This document shows positions 47,447-58,622 of a stretch of 64,000 nucleotides of DNA, piece after piece. Under the pieces are notes generated by a model that was not told the origin of the DNA, did no database searches, and worked only from the letters and a program-made list of their open reading frames with translations. The stretch covers positions 1 to 64,000 of the forward strand of contig JAYGFR010000031.1 of the NCBI GenBank assembly GCA_046581755.1, given 5' to 3'. This DNA comes from Nitrospinota bacterium (lineage in GTDB: Bacteria; UBA8248). A program made the translations under genes and the position numbers. Each line of letters starts with the position of its first letter. Position 1 is the first letter of the stretch.

Positions 47447-48700
47447 GTGAACCTCGAACGCCATCCACCCCCCGTGGGGCCCGCTTCGCGCGTCATCGCC
47501 CATGTGGACATGGACGCCTTTTTCGTCGCGGTCGAACGGCGGGACAACCCCGCCTTGGCGGGAAAACCCGTCATCGTCGGCGGCAGTGTGGGAAACCGCG
47601 GCGTGGTGTCGGCAGCCTCCTACGAAGCCCGGCGGTTCGGTGTCCATTCGGCCATGCCGATGATCCAGGCGCGCCGGCTGTGTCCCGGCGCTGTTTACAT
47701 TCCCGCCAGCCATTCGAAATACGCCGCCGCCTCCAGGCAGGTGATGGGCCTTCTGCGGACCTTCTCTCCCGCGCTCCAAGTCATGTCGGTCGATGAGGCC
47801 TATCTCGACCTCACCGGAACCGAACGCCTCCACGGCCTGGCCTTTGCCGCCGCGGTGCAAATCCGGGCCGCGATCATGGACGAACTCGAATTTTCGGCCT
47901 CGGTGGGCATCGCATCGAACCGACTCATGGCCAAGGTCGCCTCGGAGCTGTCCAAACCCGCCGGAATTCTTCACATCTATCCGGGCCAGGAGGCGGCAAT
48001 CCTCGCCCCGCTTTCGCCCGGCGCCCTCCCCGGCGTGGGGATGGTCACCGCTGCCCGCCTGCGCGGGATGGGAATCCGGACGATCGGCGACATCGCACGG
48101 CTACCGCTATCGGTGCTGGAGGCGAACTTCAAAAGCTGGGGCACCGAACTCTACCGCAAGGCGCGGGGGGAGTACGGCTCCGACCTTGTGCTGGACAGCG
48201 CGCCCAAGAGCGTCGGAAAAGAAACCACCTTCGGCGAGGACGAAGGCGACCCGAACCGCCTCGAAGCCGTCCTCTCCCGCCTGGCCGGGGAGGCTGCTTC
48301 GCGCCTGCGGCGGAAAAAATTGGAAGCCAGGAGCATCACCCTCAAGATTCGCTTCGAGGATTTTGCAACGAACACCCTGGCCGCCCCGCTAAACCCGGCC
48401 ACGGCAATCGCCCGCCCCATATTCGAGGCGGCGCGGGGGCTCCTCCGGCGGGCGCTCGATGAAAAATCCGGAGGCCGCAAGATCCGCCTCGTCGGAGTGT
48501 ATCTCGGGGGGCTGGAGTCCCCCGGCATTCAGCCCCGCCTGATAGACGAAGAATCCCGCCGGCGGGAAGTGCGGCTGACCGAAACTGTAGACTCTCTGCG
48601 CGAGCGTTTCGGAGAAGACGCACTCGTCTCGGGAACCTCGCTGGAGCATATGAAGCGGCCCGAGACCGGCGGAGGCCAGACGGAAGAAATCCCCTTCTGA
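47447..48700 (+). CDS. dinB: DNA polymerase IV
   Basis: HVDMDAFF, AASYEAR, SVDEAYLD and AKVAS...KP motifs. Confidence 0.93.
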   Translation: MNLERHPPPVGPASRVIAHVDMDAFFVAVERRDNPALAGKPVIVGGSVGNRGVVSAASYEARRFGVHSAMPMIQARRLCPGAVYIPASHSKYAAASRQVMGLLRTFSPALQVMSVDEAYLDLTGTERLHGLAFAAAVQIRAAIMDELEFSASVGIASNRLMAKVASELSKPAGILHIYPGQEAAILAPLSPGALPGVGMVTAARLRGMGIRTIGDIARLPLSVLEANFKSWGTELYRKARGEYGSDLVLDSAPKSVGKETTFGEDEGDPNRLEAVLSRLAGEAASRLRRKKLEARSITLKIRFEDFATNTLAAPLNPATAIARPIFEAARGLLRRALDEKSGGRKIRLVGVYLGGLESPGIQPRLIDEESRRREVRLTETVDSLRERFGEDALVSGTSLEHMKRPETGGGQTEEIPF

Positions 48701-48960
48701 CGAAAACCGGCCAGGCGCGGAATACGGGCACGCCAACCGGGCCAAGGGCCGGAGCCGGTCGCCACCTGAAACAAGGTGAAACCAATCCCCCGCAAATTCC
48801 CTCAAACCCCGGAAAATATTCCCCGCCGGACGCAATCCTCCTGTCCGCCGGCGTTCCTCCCGCCAACGCGTTAAACATACATCCATTCGACGAATGGCCT
48901 GCTACAGGAAATTCGCGGAAATGCGGGGTTCCGGTTCGTATGCCGCCCCAACCTTTCGGC

Positions 48961-49869
48961 TCAAACAGACAAAATTACCACCATCGTTCCGGCCACCGTC
49001 ATGCCCGCGCCCCCAACCAGGCGCCAGGTGATATTTTCGGCCTCGCGCACAAATATATGGGCCACGATGAGGGCAAGAAGCGGCTGAAGGGCGGTAATCG
49101 AAGATGCGTTCACCGCATATGTATAGTGGACGGCGCTGAAAAAAGAGGGCACCGCCACCGTCTGGCAGCAGGCGGCCGCGCCGATCCACGGCCAACTGGC
49201 CCTTGGCACCCATCTTCCGGCCTCGGCTTTCGAGCCCGCCAGGGCGATCAACCAGGTGAACGGCACCCCGGCCCAGATGACCATGGCCGCCGCCGCGAGC
49301 GGAGGCACATCCGAGGCCACTACCTTCATGGTTACGCCGGATATGCTCCATATAAAGACAGTGACTCCGGCCGCGGCCCACCCGAGCAAACGGGCGGTCG
49401 GGGCGGACGGAAGGTTGGCGTCCTGGGAGGGCTCAGCCCTGACGGCGGCGGTCAAACCGCCGGCGAGAAGGACCAAGCCGAACAACATTTGCTGGGTAAC
49501 CGGCTCGTTCACCCAGGCCGATGCGATAAAGGCGGTGATGATCGGGGTGCTCGTCGCGACCGGAAGGGCACGGCTGGGCCCGATCCGGCGGATGGCGAAA
49601 TAATAGGTGAGCCTCCCTGCGCCCACCATGAACAGCCCAAGCGCCGCCATGAAATAAATCGTCTCGCTCCGCGAGGGCTGAAAAGCCGAAAGCGGCATAA
49701 TGGAAAAGGCCACCGGGATCATCAACAACCCGTTGACTGACGATATCGTCGCCGTGGTCCGGAGAAGGGGAGCGTCCCGCAACGCCATGCGGATCGAAAA
49801 TGACAGCGCGGTCCATGCGAATAACGCCACCCCCGCAAAAATCATTCCCAGAGTGTGTGTGGTTTCCAT
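48961..49869 (-). CDS. DMT/EamA transporter
   Basis: About 10 hydrophobic segments in two repeats (AIRRIGPSRA..., EP/EN.T). Confidence 0.82.
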   Translation of the reverse strand: METTHTLGMIFAGVALFAWTALSFSIRMALRDAPLLRTTATISSVNGLLMIPVAFSIMPLSAFQPSRSETIYFMAALGLFMVGAGRLTYYFAIRRIGPSRALPVATSTPIITAFIASAWVNEPVTQQMLFGLVLLAGGLTAAVRAEPSQDANLPSAPTARLLGWAAAGVTVFIWSISGVTMKVVASDVPPLAAAAMVIWAGVPFTWLIALAGSKAEAGRWVPRASWPWIGAAACCQTVAVPSFFSAVHYTYAVNASSITALQPLLALIVAHIFVREAENITWRLVGGAGMTVAGTMVVILSV

Positions 49870-49981
49870 TTAGACGATATCGGCCTTTCGGTGGAGCGGA
49901 ATAAAGCTGGGGGAGTTACAGGTGGCGTGCTGGAGCCAGCCATTCACATCGGGCGTGGGGGGGGCGCCGACCTTCGTCATC

Positions 49982-51163
49982 TCAGCCGCCCTCCATAGCG
50001 GTCAGTACTCTCGATACAAAGCCCAGCAGGCGAATGCCCTCTAAATAACGGCCCCATCTGGTCCCCCCACCGGGGTCCACATGGCTCATGCTTTCAGCCA
50101 CCATCAGATGGACGCCACCGGCTCCCGGACCTCTCCGCCGGGCCTCGGCCGCCAGGCGAACGCTCTCCGATGGCGGCACAAAGGGATCCGAACGGCCATG
50201 AAGCAAAAACATCGACATCCGGGTCTTCGGAAGCGCCGCGCGAAGCGACCACTCTTCGAGCATCGCCCGCATCGGACCGGATTGAGCGCCGAAAAGTGCC
50301 TCGAAACGGCGCGGATCGCGATTTTCGATCAGCGCGAGCAGCCGTCTAAACCTCTCGGGCAAGCGGCCTACGGAAGTCGATACATCGGCGCTTTCGTCGG
50401 CGATCTTCGCCCGGACAATCCGTTCCAATTCGATTCGGTAGGCTCCAATTCCGAGTATCCCCATGTTGTACCGGAGAAACAGCCATTTTCCCACCCGGAC
50501 AGGGGGGCCGCCCGGAAACGCGGGCTCTGCATCCCGCCCCCCGGTCGTCAGATGGCGAAGCACCGCCTTCAGGTCATAGTACGCGCCCAGGCCGATGAAA
50601 TATCCGGTCCGCCCTTTTAGTCTTGATCGAGAGGCGGCCATCATCGCGGGCCCGGCGGCGAACGAGAAGGCGAACAACCCGCAGGCGGTTCCGGGCCGGG
50701 AGAATTTTTGGTCCATCCATAAAAAACTTTTCGAGATTCGCCCGGCATCTTCCCGGTCCGCGCGAAATTGGCGCATTCCCGGAAGCTCGGGCACACCAAC
50801 CGCGAAGCCCAGGCGGGCCAGGTTCCGGGCGAACGCTGCCAGCCGGGGATCCCGCCTTCCCAGGTCGGTCATCCCGTGGGCGAGCAGGATGCATCCCCGG
50901 ACGGCTCCGGGGGGTTCCGGCCCTCCGCCCGGGAGGTAGAGATCGACCCTGAGGCCTTCAAAATCAGCCGGTAGGCGGCGAGGCGGGGATGTCCACCTCT
51001 TGAGCCAGGCGACATCCTCCCCGGCGAATAGCGCCTGCAAGAGAAAGGCCGCGTCCACCGGATGGCGGGCGGGCGGATAATACCGGGGGACAATGAGGAG
51101 AAGAGCGAGCGCAACCAGGCCCAGGCACAGGCGGCGCGGCCATCTCGGGGTGCTCTGGGGCAT
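49982..51163 (-). CDS. Alpha/beta hydrolase-fold hypothetical protein
   Basis: LAHG, AFSFAAG, LHGRSDPFVP and SH motifs, with an N-terminal TM. Confidence 0.7.
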   Translation of the reverse strand: MPQSTPRWPRRLCLGLVALALLLIVPRYYPPARHPVDAAFLLQALFAGEDVAWLKRWTSPPRRLPADFEGLRVDLYLPGGGPEPPGAVRGCILLAHGMTDLGRRDPRLAAFARNLARLGFAVGVPELPGMRQFRADREDAGRISKSFLWMDQKFSRPGTACGLFAFSFAAGPAMMAASRSRLKGRTGYFIGLGAYYDLKAVLRHLTTGGRDAEPAFPGGPPVRVGKWLFLRYNMGILGIGAYRIELERIVRAKIADESADVSTSVGRLPERFRRLLALIENRDPRRFEALFGAQSGPMRAMLEEWSLRAALPKTRMSMFLLHGRSDPFVPPSESVRLAAEARRRGPGAGGVHLMVAESMSHVDPGGGTRWGRYLEGIRLLGFVSRVLTAMEGG

Positions 51164-54049
51164 CTACACGGCCTGTTGCTGTTCCAGATAGGCTTTGAGG
51201 TAGGCCCCCGTGTGGGATTTTTTCGATTTCGCCACCTCCTCGGGCGTTCCCTCAGCCACGATGCGGCCTCCTCCTTCGCCGCCCTCGGGACCCAGATCGA
51301 TAATCCAGTCCGCCGCGCGGATGACATCGAGGTGATGCTCTATCACCAACACCGTATTCCCCAGCGCAACGAGGCGGAAAAGAACCTCCAGGAGACGCTC
51401 GACATCCTGAAAATGCAAACCCGTGGTCGGCTCGTCCATGATGTAAAGGACGTTTCGCGGCGGCTTGGTGATCAGCTGGCCCGCGATTTTGAGGCGTTGG
51501 GCCTCGCCGCCCGACAGGGTGTTGACCGGCTGCCCGATCCGCAAATAGGCCAGGCCCACCTCGCGCAGGACGAAAAGCTTGTTCACGATCGAGGGAACAT
51601 GATCGAAGAAGAGGATTCCCTCGTCCACGGTCAGGTTGAGGACTTCGTGAATGTTCAAACCTTTGAAGCGAACCTCCAGCGTCTGGGTCTTGAAGCGCTT
51701 CCCCTCGCACTCGGGGCAACGGACGAAGATGTCCGCCATGAAATGCATCTCAATCTTCTGGTGTCCGCTTCCGCTGCAGGCCTCGCACCGCCCGCCGGTC
51801 GAGTTGAAGGAAAAATGACCGGGGCCGAAACCGAAGCTCCGTGCCCTCTGCGTATCGGCGAATTGGCGGCGAATTGGATCGTAGGCTTTGATATAGGTGA
51901 CGGGGTTGCTCCGGGGACTCTTCCCAATGGGGCTCTGGTCGAGAAGGACGGTGGAGGTGATATTTTCGAAGCCATGAATCTGCTTGAAGCGTCCGATGGG
52001 GGTTTTTGAATCGTGGAGGATGCGCGCTAGCACCGGATACAAGGTGTCGTGGATCAGGGTGCTCTTCCCCGAGCCCGACACGCCCGTAATGGCGACGAAT
52101 TTTCCCAAGGGTATATGGAGGTCCACGTTTTTCAGGTTGTTTTCGCTGGCCCCGATGAGAGAGAGGCGCTGGCCGTCCCCGCCCGCCTGCTCGCGGGGCC
52201 GCCGGGGCTTGATTTGGCGGGTGTTTGCCATGAATTTCGCAGTCAAGGAATCCTCGCTGGCGGCGAGGTTTTCGAGCGAGCCGGAGTACACCACCTCTCC
52301 GCCGCGTTCGCCCGCTCCGGGCCCGAGATCCACCACATAATCCGCCTCCGAAATAATGTCCCGGTCATGCTCGACTAGGAGGAGCGTATTTCCGCGCTCG
52401 ACGAGACCTTTGAGAATTTCGATGAGCCTGCTGTTGTCCCGCGGATGGAGCCCGATGGTCGGCTCATCCAGGATATACAGCGTTCCCGTCAGGTGGGCGC
52501 CTAGCTGTTTGGCCAGGCTGATCCGCTGGTGCTCGCCCCCGCTGAGGGTGCGCGTCTCGCGGTCGAGGGTGAGGTAGTCCAGCCCGACGTGGTGGAGAAA
52601 TTCCAGTCGCTCCTCAACCTGCCTTAAAATATCGGCCGCCCGGTCCGCCTGATCCGGGGGCATTTCCGCATCGCGGAAAAACGCTCGTAGCTTCGAGACC
52701 GGCAGGGCGCAGATCTCGGCGATGTTCCGCCCCGCCAGCCGGACCCAAAGGGCCTCGGGCCGGAGGCGCGTCCCGCCGCAGACGGCGCAATTTTGGAGGC
52801 TCTGATAACGGCGGATGAACACTCGGACCCATATCTTGTATTTCTTCCGCCGGAGGCGTTCGAAAAACGGATAGATCCCAAGCAGGTGCTTCGATCCCTG
52901 GAGGACCATTTTTTTATGCTTTTTCGGCAAAACGGCCCAGGGCCGATGGATATCGAGTCCTTCCTCCTCGGCGGCCGCCTGAAGCTGTTGGCCAAAATAG
53001 CGCCGGTAGCGGGGCCGTGTCCAGGGATCGATTGCACCCTGGGCGAGCGTCCGGTCCGGCTTCGGGATGATGAGGGATTCGTCGAAATTGAGCGTGTTCC
53101 CGAACCCCCCGCACTCGACGCAAGCGCCATGCGGATTGTTGAAGCTGAAGCTCGGCGGGATGGGAGGCTCGAATATCCTTCCGCAGCACTCCAGGCGCTC
53201 GTTGAAGGAGCGCATCGGGCCATCCACCACCTGGACCACGGCGTTCCTCTCCCCCTCCCGAAAGGCGGTCTCGATCGATTCACCTAGCCGGGCGCGGGAT
53301 TTTTCCGAAAAAACCAGCCGGTCCACCACAATATAGATCGGCACCGCAATCGATCCGTTTTCCTCTGCCTTTTTCCCGGGAACGGCTTTTTTCTTTCCCC
53401 GTGTTTTTTCCTTGGGCTTGGGCGGGGGCTTTTTTTGAGACTCGGGGGCGGGGACAGCGATTTTTCTGATCCGGTCCGCGAGGCCGGGCTCCAGGTTATG
53501 GACCTCTCCCTCCACCATGGCGCGGATGAAGCCTTGGGCCGTCAGGCTGGAAAAGCGATCTTCCAGGTCGCCGAGCAAGGCCAATGGGAGCGGAAACATC
53601 ACAAATCCCCGCGAATCCGGAAAATTATCGAGTATGTGTGCCACGGTATTGTCCACCGTAGAGGGCCGGACAGGCTTTCCGCAATCGGGGCAGTGAATTT
53701 TTCCGGCCTTGGCGAACAGGAGGCGAACATAATCGTATATTTCCGAGGCTGTCCCGACGGTGGAGCGTGAATGCTTTACGGGATTGTATTGCTGGATGGC
53801 GATGGCCGGGCTGATTCCCTCGATCAAGTCTACGTCGGGCTTGTCCATCCGCTCCAAAAACTGCCGCGCGTAGGTCGAAAGGGATTCGACGTAGCGGCGG
53901 TGCCCTTCGGCATAGATGGTATCGAAGGCCAGGGAGGATTTTCCCGAACCGCTGGGACCGGTCACGACGATAAACTGCTCGCGGGGAAGACGGAGGGAGA
54001 TGTTCTTGAGGTTATGCTCCCGCGCTCCCTCGATAATGATGTCTTCCAT
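51164..54049 (-). CDS. uvrA: Excinuclease ABC subunit A
   Basis: GAREHNLK, two GxSGSGKS Walker A motifs, LSGGE twice and DEPT twice. Confidence 0.96.
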   Translation of the reverse strand: MEDIIIEGAREHNLKNISLRLPREQFIVVTGPSGSGKSSLAFDTIYAEGHRRYVESLSTYARQFLERMDKPDVDLIEGISPAIAIQQYNPVKHSRSTVGTASEIYDYVRLLFAKAGKIHCPDCGKPVRPSTVDNTVAHILDNFPDSRGFVMFPLPLALLGDLEDRFSSLTAQGFIRAMVEGEVHNLEPGLADRIRKIAVPAPESQKKPPPKPKEKTRGKKKAVPGKKAEENGSIAVPIYIVVDRLVFSEKSRARLGESIETAFREGERNAVVQVVDGPMRSFNERLECCGRIFEPPIPPSFSFNNPHGACVECGGFGNTLNFDESLIIPKPDRTLAQGAIDPWTRPRYRRYFGQQLQAAAEEEGLDIHRPWAVLPKKHKKMVLQGSKHLLGIYPFFERLRRKKYKIWVRVFIRRYQSLQNCAVCGGTRLRPEALWVRLAGRNIAEICALPVSKLRAFFRDAEMPPDQADRAADILRQVEERLEFLHHVGLDYLTLDRETRTLSGGEHQRISLAKQLGAHLTGTLYILDEPTIGLHPRDNSRLIEILKGLVERGNTLLLVEHDRDIISEADYVVDLGPGAGERGGEVVYSGSLENLAASEDSLTAKFMANTRQIKPRRPREQAGGDGQRLSLIGASENNLKNVDLHIPLGKFVAITGVSGSGKSTLIHDTLYPVLARILHDSKTPIGRFKQIHGFENITSTVLLDQSPIGKSPRSNPVTYIKAYDPIRRQFADTQRARSFGFGPGHFSFNSTGGRCEACSGSGHQKIEMHFMADIFVRCPECEGKRFKTQTLEVRFKGLNIHEVLNLTVDEGILFFDHVPSIVNKLFVLREVGLAYLRIGQPVNTLSGGEAQRLKIAGQLITKPPRNVLYIMDEPTTGLHFQDVERLLEVLFRLVALGNTVLVIEHHLDVIRAADWIIDLGPEGGEGGGRIVAEGTPEEVAKSKKSHTGAYLKAYLEQQQAV

Positions 54050-54186
54050 GCCAGATAATCCCGAATCGATCAGAGCGTTTGATGTAGGACCGCAGAGTAA
54101 CCCTACAAGTATGGTCGGGTGGGTTCTTCGGTGTCAACGGTAGGGCTATGGTATATTGAGGCGGCCATAAAGGAGGGATTCGGCGA

Positions 54187-54747
54187 ATGCAAAAGCGCAT
54201 TGCCGCGTGTTTCGGCATCCTTGCAGCAGCCGCCGCCCTGGCGGGATGCGGAACCCGCTACGAGCGCTTCATCTCATCGCGTCCCGGCGGCGGGATCGTC
54301 CGGATTATCGCCAAGCCAAGCCAGATCGTATTTCCGGCAGCGCTCCGGGTCATGCACGACACAGGGGAGGAAATCTGGGAGGCCGATTAAAAGGCCGGCC
54401 GGATCGTCTCTATCAGCGCCCTCGGCCCGCGGGCCGTTTTTTTCACCCCCCTTTCCCATGGCAGGACCCGGGTCGAAATCTCCTCCGACCTACCCAGTTC
54501 CTTCTTCAGAGGGGGTATCGTCGGGCCAGGCAATTTTTTTATTTTGCTGCGAGAACAGATCGTCGCCTAAGAGAAGAAGGCGGGATTCAGAAAATCAGAA
54601 CTCAAAAAAAGAAAAGTCGATGCCGACCTTCGAACGAAATTCAAGCAGAAAGTAACTCCCGAGGAAGAGCGCCCTCCGGCCGCGGAGCCGGCGCCCCCGC
54701 CCGCGCCGCCGGGCCGGTTTCAAAGGTTCCGGAGAAGATACAACTAG
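54187..54747 (+). pseudogene. Lipoprotein gene interrupted by two in-frame TAA codons
   Basis: AAGGAGG RBS and lipobox LAGC. The frame stays protein-like past TAA 54388-54390 and TAA 54568-54570 to TAG 54747. Confidence 0.6.
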
Positions 54748-54771
54748 CCTCCCCGCCCGGCCGGTGAAATC

Positions 54772-55560
54772 TTAAATCGCCTTCAGGCGGCCTCCGTCCA
54801 CCAAAATATACCCGCCCGTGATGTAGCTCGCCCCTGGCGAGACCAAAAAACCCACCATCGCACCGAATTCATCCGGCTCCCCAAGCCGGCCGAGCGGAAT
54901 CTGCTTGGTGGCCACGGCCAGGGATTCTTCGAGCGAGATATTTTTCTTTTTCGAGAAGGCGGCGCGGTTCTGTCTCACCCGGTCGGTCAGAACCGCACCG
55001 GGAGCCACCACATTAACCAGAATTCCATCGCCGGCCAGTTCGCGGGAGAGGAATTTCGACAGCCCCGCCACAGCGGGCCGCATCACGTTCGAAAGAGTCA
55101 AGTTCGGGATGGGCTCCCGAACCGAGCCGGAAAGATTAAAAATAATCCGGTCGTATCCGCGCCCTTTCATATGTGGCAAGACGGCATCGACAAGACGCAC
55201 CGCGCTCATGACGCTCAATTCGAACGCACGGCGCCAGTCATCGTCCGAAAAGTCATTAAACTCACCCGGCGGCGGGCCGCCCGCATTCGACACCAGAACA
55301 TCCACCCCTCCGAAATGTCCCGCCCCGCCCTCGATGAAATATTTTACGCCTTCCACCGTGCCGATACCGGCCGCACAATGCCAGGTTTCGATATCCGCCT
55401 CTTTTGAAATATCTTCCGCGGCGGCGGCGGCCTCATCGGCATTTCGTGAGAACAACCCGATCTTCGCCCCTCGGCGGGCCATCGACAGCGCCGACGCACG
55501 TCCGAGACCTTTGCTGGCCGCGGATACAAGAGCGACCTTCCCTTCCATATTTCGCATCAA
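54772..55560 (-). CDS. SDR family oxidoreductase
   Basis: SAASKGLG, NAGGPPPG and LSNVMR motifs. Confidence 0.9.
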   Translation of the reverse strand: MMRNMEGKVALVSAASKGLGRASALSMARRGAKIGLFSRNADEAAAAAEDISKEADIETWHCAAGIGTVEGVKYFIEGGAGHFGGVDVLVSNAGGPPPGEFNDFSDDDWRRAFELSVMSAVRLVDAVLPHMKGRGYDRIIFNLSGSVREPIPNLTLSNVMRPAVAGLSKFLSRELAGDGILVNVVAPGAVLTDRVRQNRAAFSKKKNISLEESLAVATKQIPLGRLGEPDEFGAMVGFLVSPGASYITGGYILVDGGRLKAI

Positions 55561-55572
55561 ATACCTCCCACG

Positions 55573-56001
55573 TTAGGAATCATTGCCTTCGGCGATCTCG
55601 ACGAAATAGCGCATCACGTCGATTTCGGTAATGATTCCAAGTAGTTCACGGTCATTGTTGACCACGGGAAGACACCCGATTCTCATCTCGAGCATGCGCT
55701 TGGCCGCGTGCACGACTGGCTCGTTCGGATCGGCCAGCTTCACATCCTTGACCATCACCTTCTCGACATCGGTAGCCTCTAGCAGCTCTTTGCGATCCTC
55801 TTTGGAGAAATTGATCCCCGAGGAAAGTTTCGCGCGGAGCAGGTCTCGTTGGGTCACCAGGCCGACGACAAAACCCCCTTTAGTCACCGGCATGTGGCGG
55901 ATATCTCCACTCGACATGATCTCATCGACGAGATCCAGTTTTTCATCGAGGCTGATGGTGACAACGCCCGTGGTCATAATTTTACTGACACGTTCATCCA
56001 A
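55573..56001 (-). CDS. CBS domain pair protein
   Basis: IRHMPV..GLVTQRD and IGCLPVV..GIITEID motifs. Confidence 0.9.
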   Translation of the reverse strand: MDERVSKIMTTGVVTISLDEKLDLVDEIMSSGDIRHMPVTKGGFVVGLVTQRDLLRAKLSSGINFSKEDRKELLEATDVEKVMVKDVKLADPNEPVVHAAKRMLEMRIGCLPVVNNDRELLGIITEIDVMRYFVEIAEGNDS

Positions 56002-56022
56002 AAATTTCCCCCCTGGCGCCGG

Positions 56023-56889
56023 TCAAGAACCGCCTCCACCTCCCCGGGGTACGGCGAGAACCAGCGCCGGCACAATTCTTCCAGCCAAGAAAGTCAAATA
56101 TCCATCTCCCTGAACCACCAACTGGGAACTCGACCCCCCATCGAGGTTCATCGCCTCAATTGCCCCCAGGCCGCCATCCGGCTCGGAGCGGACCAAAAAA
56201 TTCTGAAGTTCGCACCAGGAGATCCCGCGCCCGATTTCCTCGCTCACCATGAAAATGAGGCGCCCTTTTTCCCCGAATGCCAAGATCGTCCGCCTGTCCG
56301 CTCGGCGGTACTCGCGGTATGCGTCCAGCCCGGGGTCGGGCCGCCCCCCGCGCACGAGATAGGGGCCGGCCTGAAACGCCTCCCGAACCCCTTTCGAATC
56401 GAAATCCTCGCGGGTTGCGATACCCACCTTTCCGGAACCTTTCAAGACGTAAAAAACCGCTCCCAAGTGAAGCGCCCGCCGCCGTCCCCGGAAAAGAAGG
56501 CGGCTGTTGAAAATCGTATCGGCCGTGCGGAAGTAGCCGAGCGGCCTTCCTTTTTCGTCGAAATATCCCGCGTTCACCACAACGGCGGCCTTGGTCATCT
56601 GCGCAATTATGCGCACGGCCTCGGACCTTATATTTTTGCCCGCCTGCCACCTGAGCCGAATATCGAATTGATCCGGATCGAGCCGCGCCGCGGTCATCCT
56701 TGAGGTGGTGCCATCCTCGAAACGGATTTGAATCTTTCTGACTTCCATCCCCGGGCCAATGGTGCGCCAAGTGTTTATTCCGCCTACCAAGCGGGTCTTA
56801 CAGCCATCTTCCGAAGCATGGGCGGTGGCAACGGCGGCGATGAAAATCGCCGCCGCGAAGGACAACCCGGCATTCCGGAATTTGACCAC
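56023..56889 (-). CDS. Phosphodiester glycosidase (NAGPA) family protein
   Basis: Signal peptide; VNAGYF, QAGP, RT and AMNLDGGSS motifs. Confidence 0.85.
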   Translation of the reverse strand: MVKFRNAGLSFAAAIFIAAVATAHASEDGCKTRLVGGINTWRTIGPGMEVRKIQIRFEDGTTSRMTAARLDPDQFDIRLRWQAGKNIRSEAVRIIAQMTKAAVVVNAGYFDEKGRPLGYFRTADTIFNSRLLFRGRRRALHLGAVFYVLKGSGKVGIATREDFDSKGVREAFQAGPYLVRGGRPDPGLDAYREYRRADRRTILAFGEKGRLIFMVSEEIGRGISWCELQNFLVRSEPDGGLGAIEAMNLDGGSSSQLVVQGDGYLTFLAGRIVPALVLAVPRGGGGGS

Positions 56890-56952
56890 GGCCCCCCCCC
56901 CTTCGCTCCCTACCAGCGTATTATGAGCCTTTCCTGACGACGAAGCCCCCCG

Positions 56953-58602
56953 TCAAAATCCAACGGCGCAACCGTCCCTGCGATGGTCCGACCCGCCCAT
57001 GTAAGCGTCCCCCGGCATGCGAACAATCCCCTGCCCGCCTCCGAAGCCCTCGTAACCGCCGCTCCGAGCCACATCGTGGCCTCTTTCGCGAAGGTCTTCG
57101 AGCACATCGTCCGGAACGCCGCCCTCGATGGCGACCTCCCGGCCCTCCAGGATGCGAAACCGGGGCGCCTCGATAGCCTCCTGAATGTTCATGCCAAAAT
57201 CCACCATGTTGGACAGGACCTGGACATGGCCCTGGGGCTGCATGTCACCTCCCATGATGCCGTAGCTCATCCACGGCTCACCGTCCTTCATCACGAATCC
57301 GGGGATGATGGTATGAAACGGCCGCTTCCCGGGCGCGATGCAATTGAGATGGCCCTCCTCCAGTTCGAAGCCGAAACCTCGACTCTGGAGCATGATCCCC
57401 GTATCGCCCGCCGTGACGCCGGATCCGAAATGATGGAAAAGGCTGTTGATGAAGGAGCACATGTTTCCGTCGCGGTCTGCGGTGGTGAGATAGATCGTGT
57501 TGCTCGATCTCGGCGGGGAGCCGGAAACAGGATCGCCGGCCACGTCCGCCAGAATCAATTCGCGCCGGCTTTCGGCATACGCCTTGGACAAAAGCCCCTC
57601 CAGAGGGACTTCGGCCTGCGCCATATCGGTGATGTACTTCCCCCTGTCCGCGAAGGAGAGCTTCATCGCCTCGATGAGACGGTGGAGATGATCCGCACAG
57701 CCGTAGCTGTAATCCGACAGCGGATACCCTTCGAGAATGTTCATGCAAATGAGAGCGGCAAGCCCCTGGCCGTTCGGAGGAATCTCGCAAAGCTCATAAC
57801 CCCGGTAGTTCGTCCGGATGGGCTCGACCCAGGTGCAGCGGGTGTCCGCGAAATCCTCCATTTCGAACAGGCCGCCCAGTTCCCCCGAAGCGGCTACAAT
57901 CGCCTCGGCCACCGGCCCGTGGTAGAAGGCTTCTCTTCCGCCATCGGCCAGGAGCCGGAACGTGGCGGCCAGATTTGGATTCCGGAACACTTCACCCACC
58001 TTCGGCGCCCGCCCGCCAGGAAGATAGGTCCGCTTCGAGGCTTCGAAGGAGGAGAGTTTCTCTTCCTGCATTCGCCAGGCGTTTCCGATGATGGGCGTCA
58101 CCGGAAATCCATTTTCCGCGTAATGGATGGCCGGGGCCAGCAGATCGGTCATCGATTTTTTTCCGCTCCCGAACCGATCGAGCGCCGAGCACCAGCCGTC
58201 GAACGCGCCCGGCACGGTGACCGCAAAAATCCCCTTCTGGGGAGCGATGGTGAACCCCTCGCTCCGGTAGCGCTCCAGGGTGGCGGCGCGGGGGGAGCGG
58301 CCGCTCGCGTTCAGGCCGGCAAGTTGCTTCTGGGCGGCATCCCAATAGATCAGGAACATGTCGCCGCCGATGCCGGTGGACTGGGGCTCCACTACGTTGA
58401 GCGCGGCCGCGCCGGCGATGGCGGCGTCCATCGCGTTCCCTCCCTCCCGGAGGATCTGAAGGGCCGCAATGGCGGCGAGGGGCTGGCTGGTCGCCACCAT
58501 TCCCTCTTGCGACAGGACCGGAGAGCGGCCCGCGGGCAAGGAGGTTTTCGTTGTCGGCGGCAGCCTTTTTGTTTTCGAGTCCAAAAGCATTGTCTGGCTC
58601 AT
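56953..58602 (-). CDS. ggt: Gamma-glutamyltransferase family
   Basis: GGNAMDAAIA, GIGGD, PPNGQG, nucleophile Thr in NTIYL, RPFHTIIP and GGDMQPQG. Confidence 0.92.
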   Translation of the reverse strand: MSQTMLLDSKTKRLPPTTKTSLPAGRSPVLSQEGMVATSQPLAAIAALQILREGGNAMDAAIAGAAALNVVEPQSTGIGGDMFLIYWDAAQKQLAGLNASGRSPRAATLERYRSEGFTIAPQKGIFAVTVPGAFDGWCSALDRFGSGKKSMTDLLAPAIHYAENGFPVTPIIGNAWRMQEEKLSSFEASKRTYLPGGRAPKVGEVFRNPNLAATFRLLADGGREAFYHGPVAEAIVAASGELGGLFEMEDFADTRCTWVEPIRTNYRGYELCEIPPNGQGLAALICMNILEGYPLSDYSYGCADHLHRLIEAMKLSFADRGKYITDMAQAEVPLEGLLSKAYAESRRELILADVAGDPVSGSPPRSSNTIYLTTADRDGNMCSFINSLFHHFGSGVTAGDTGIMLQSRGFGFELEEGHLNCIAPGKRPFHTIIPGFVMKDGEPWMSYGIMGGDMQPQGHVQVLSNMVDFGMNIQEAIEAPRFRILEGREVAIEGGVPDDVLEDLRERGHDVARSGGYEGFGGGQGIVRMPGDAYMGGSDHRRDGCAVGF

Positions 58603-58622
58603 TCGAAAAATAACTCCAAGCA

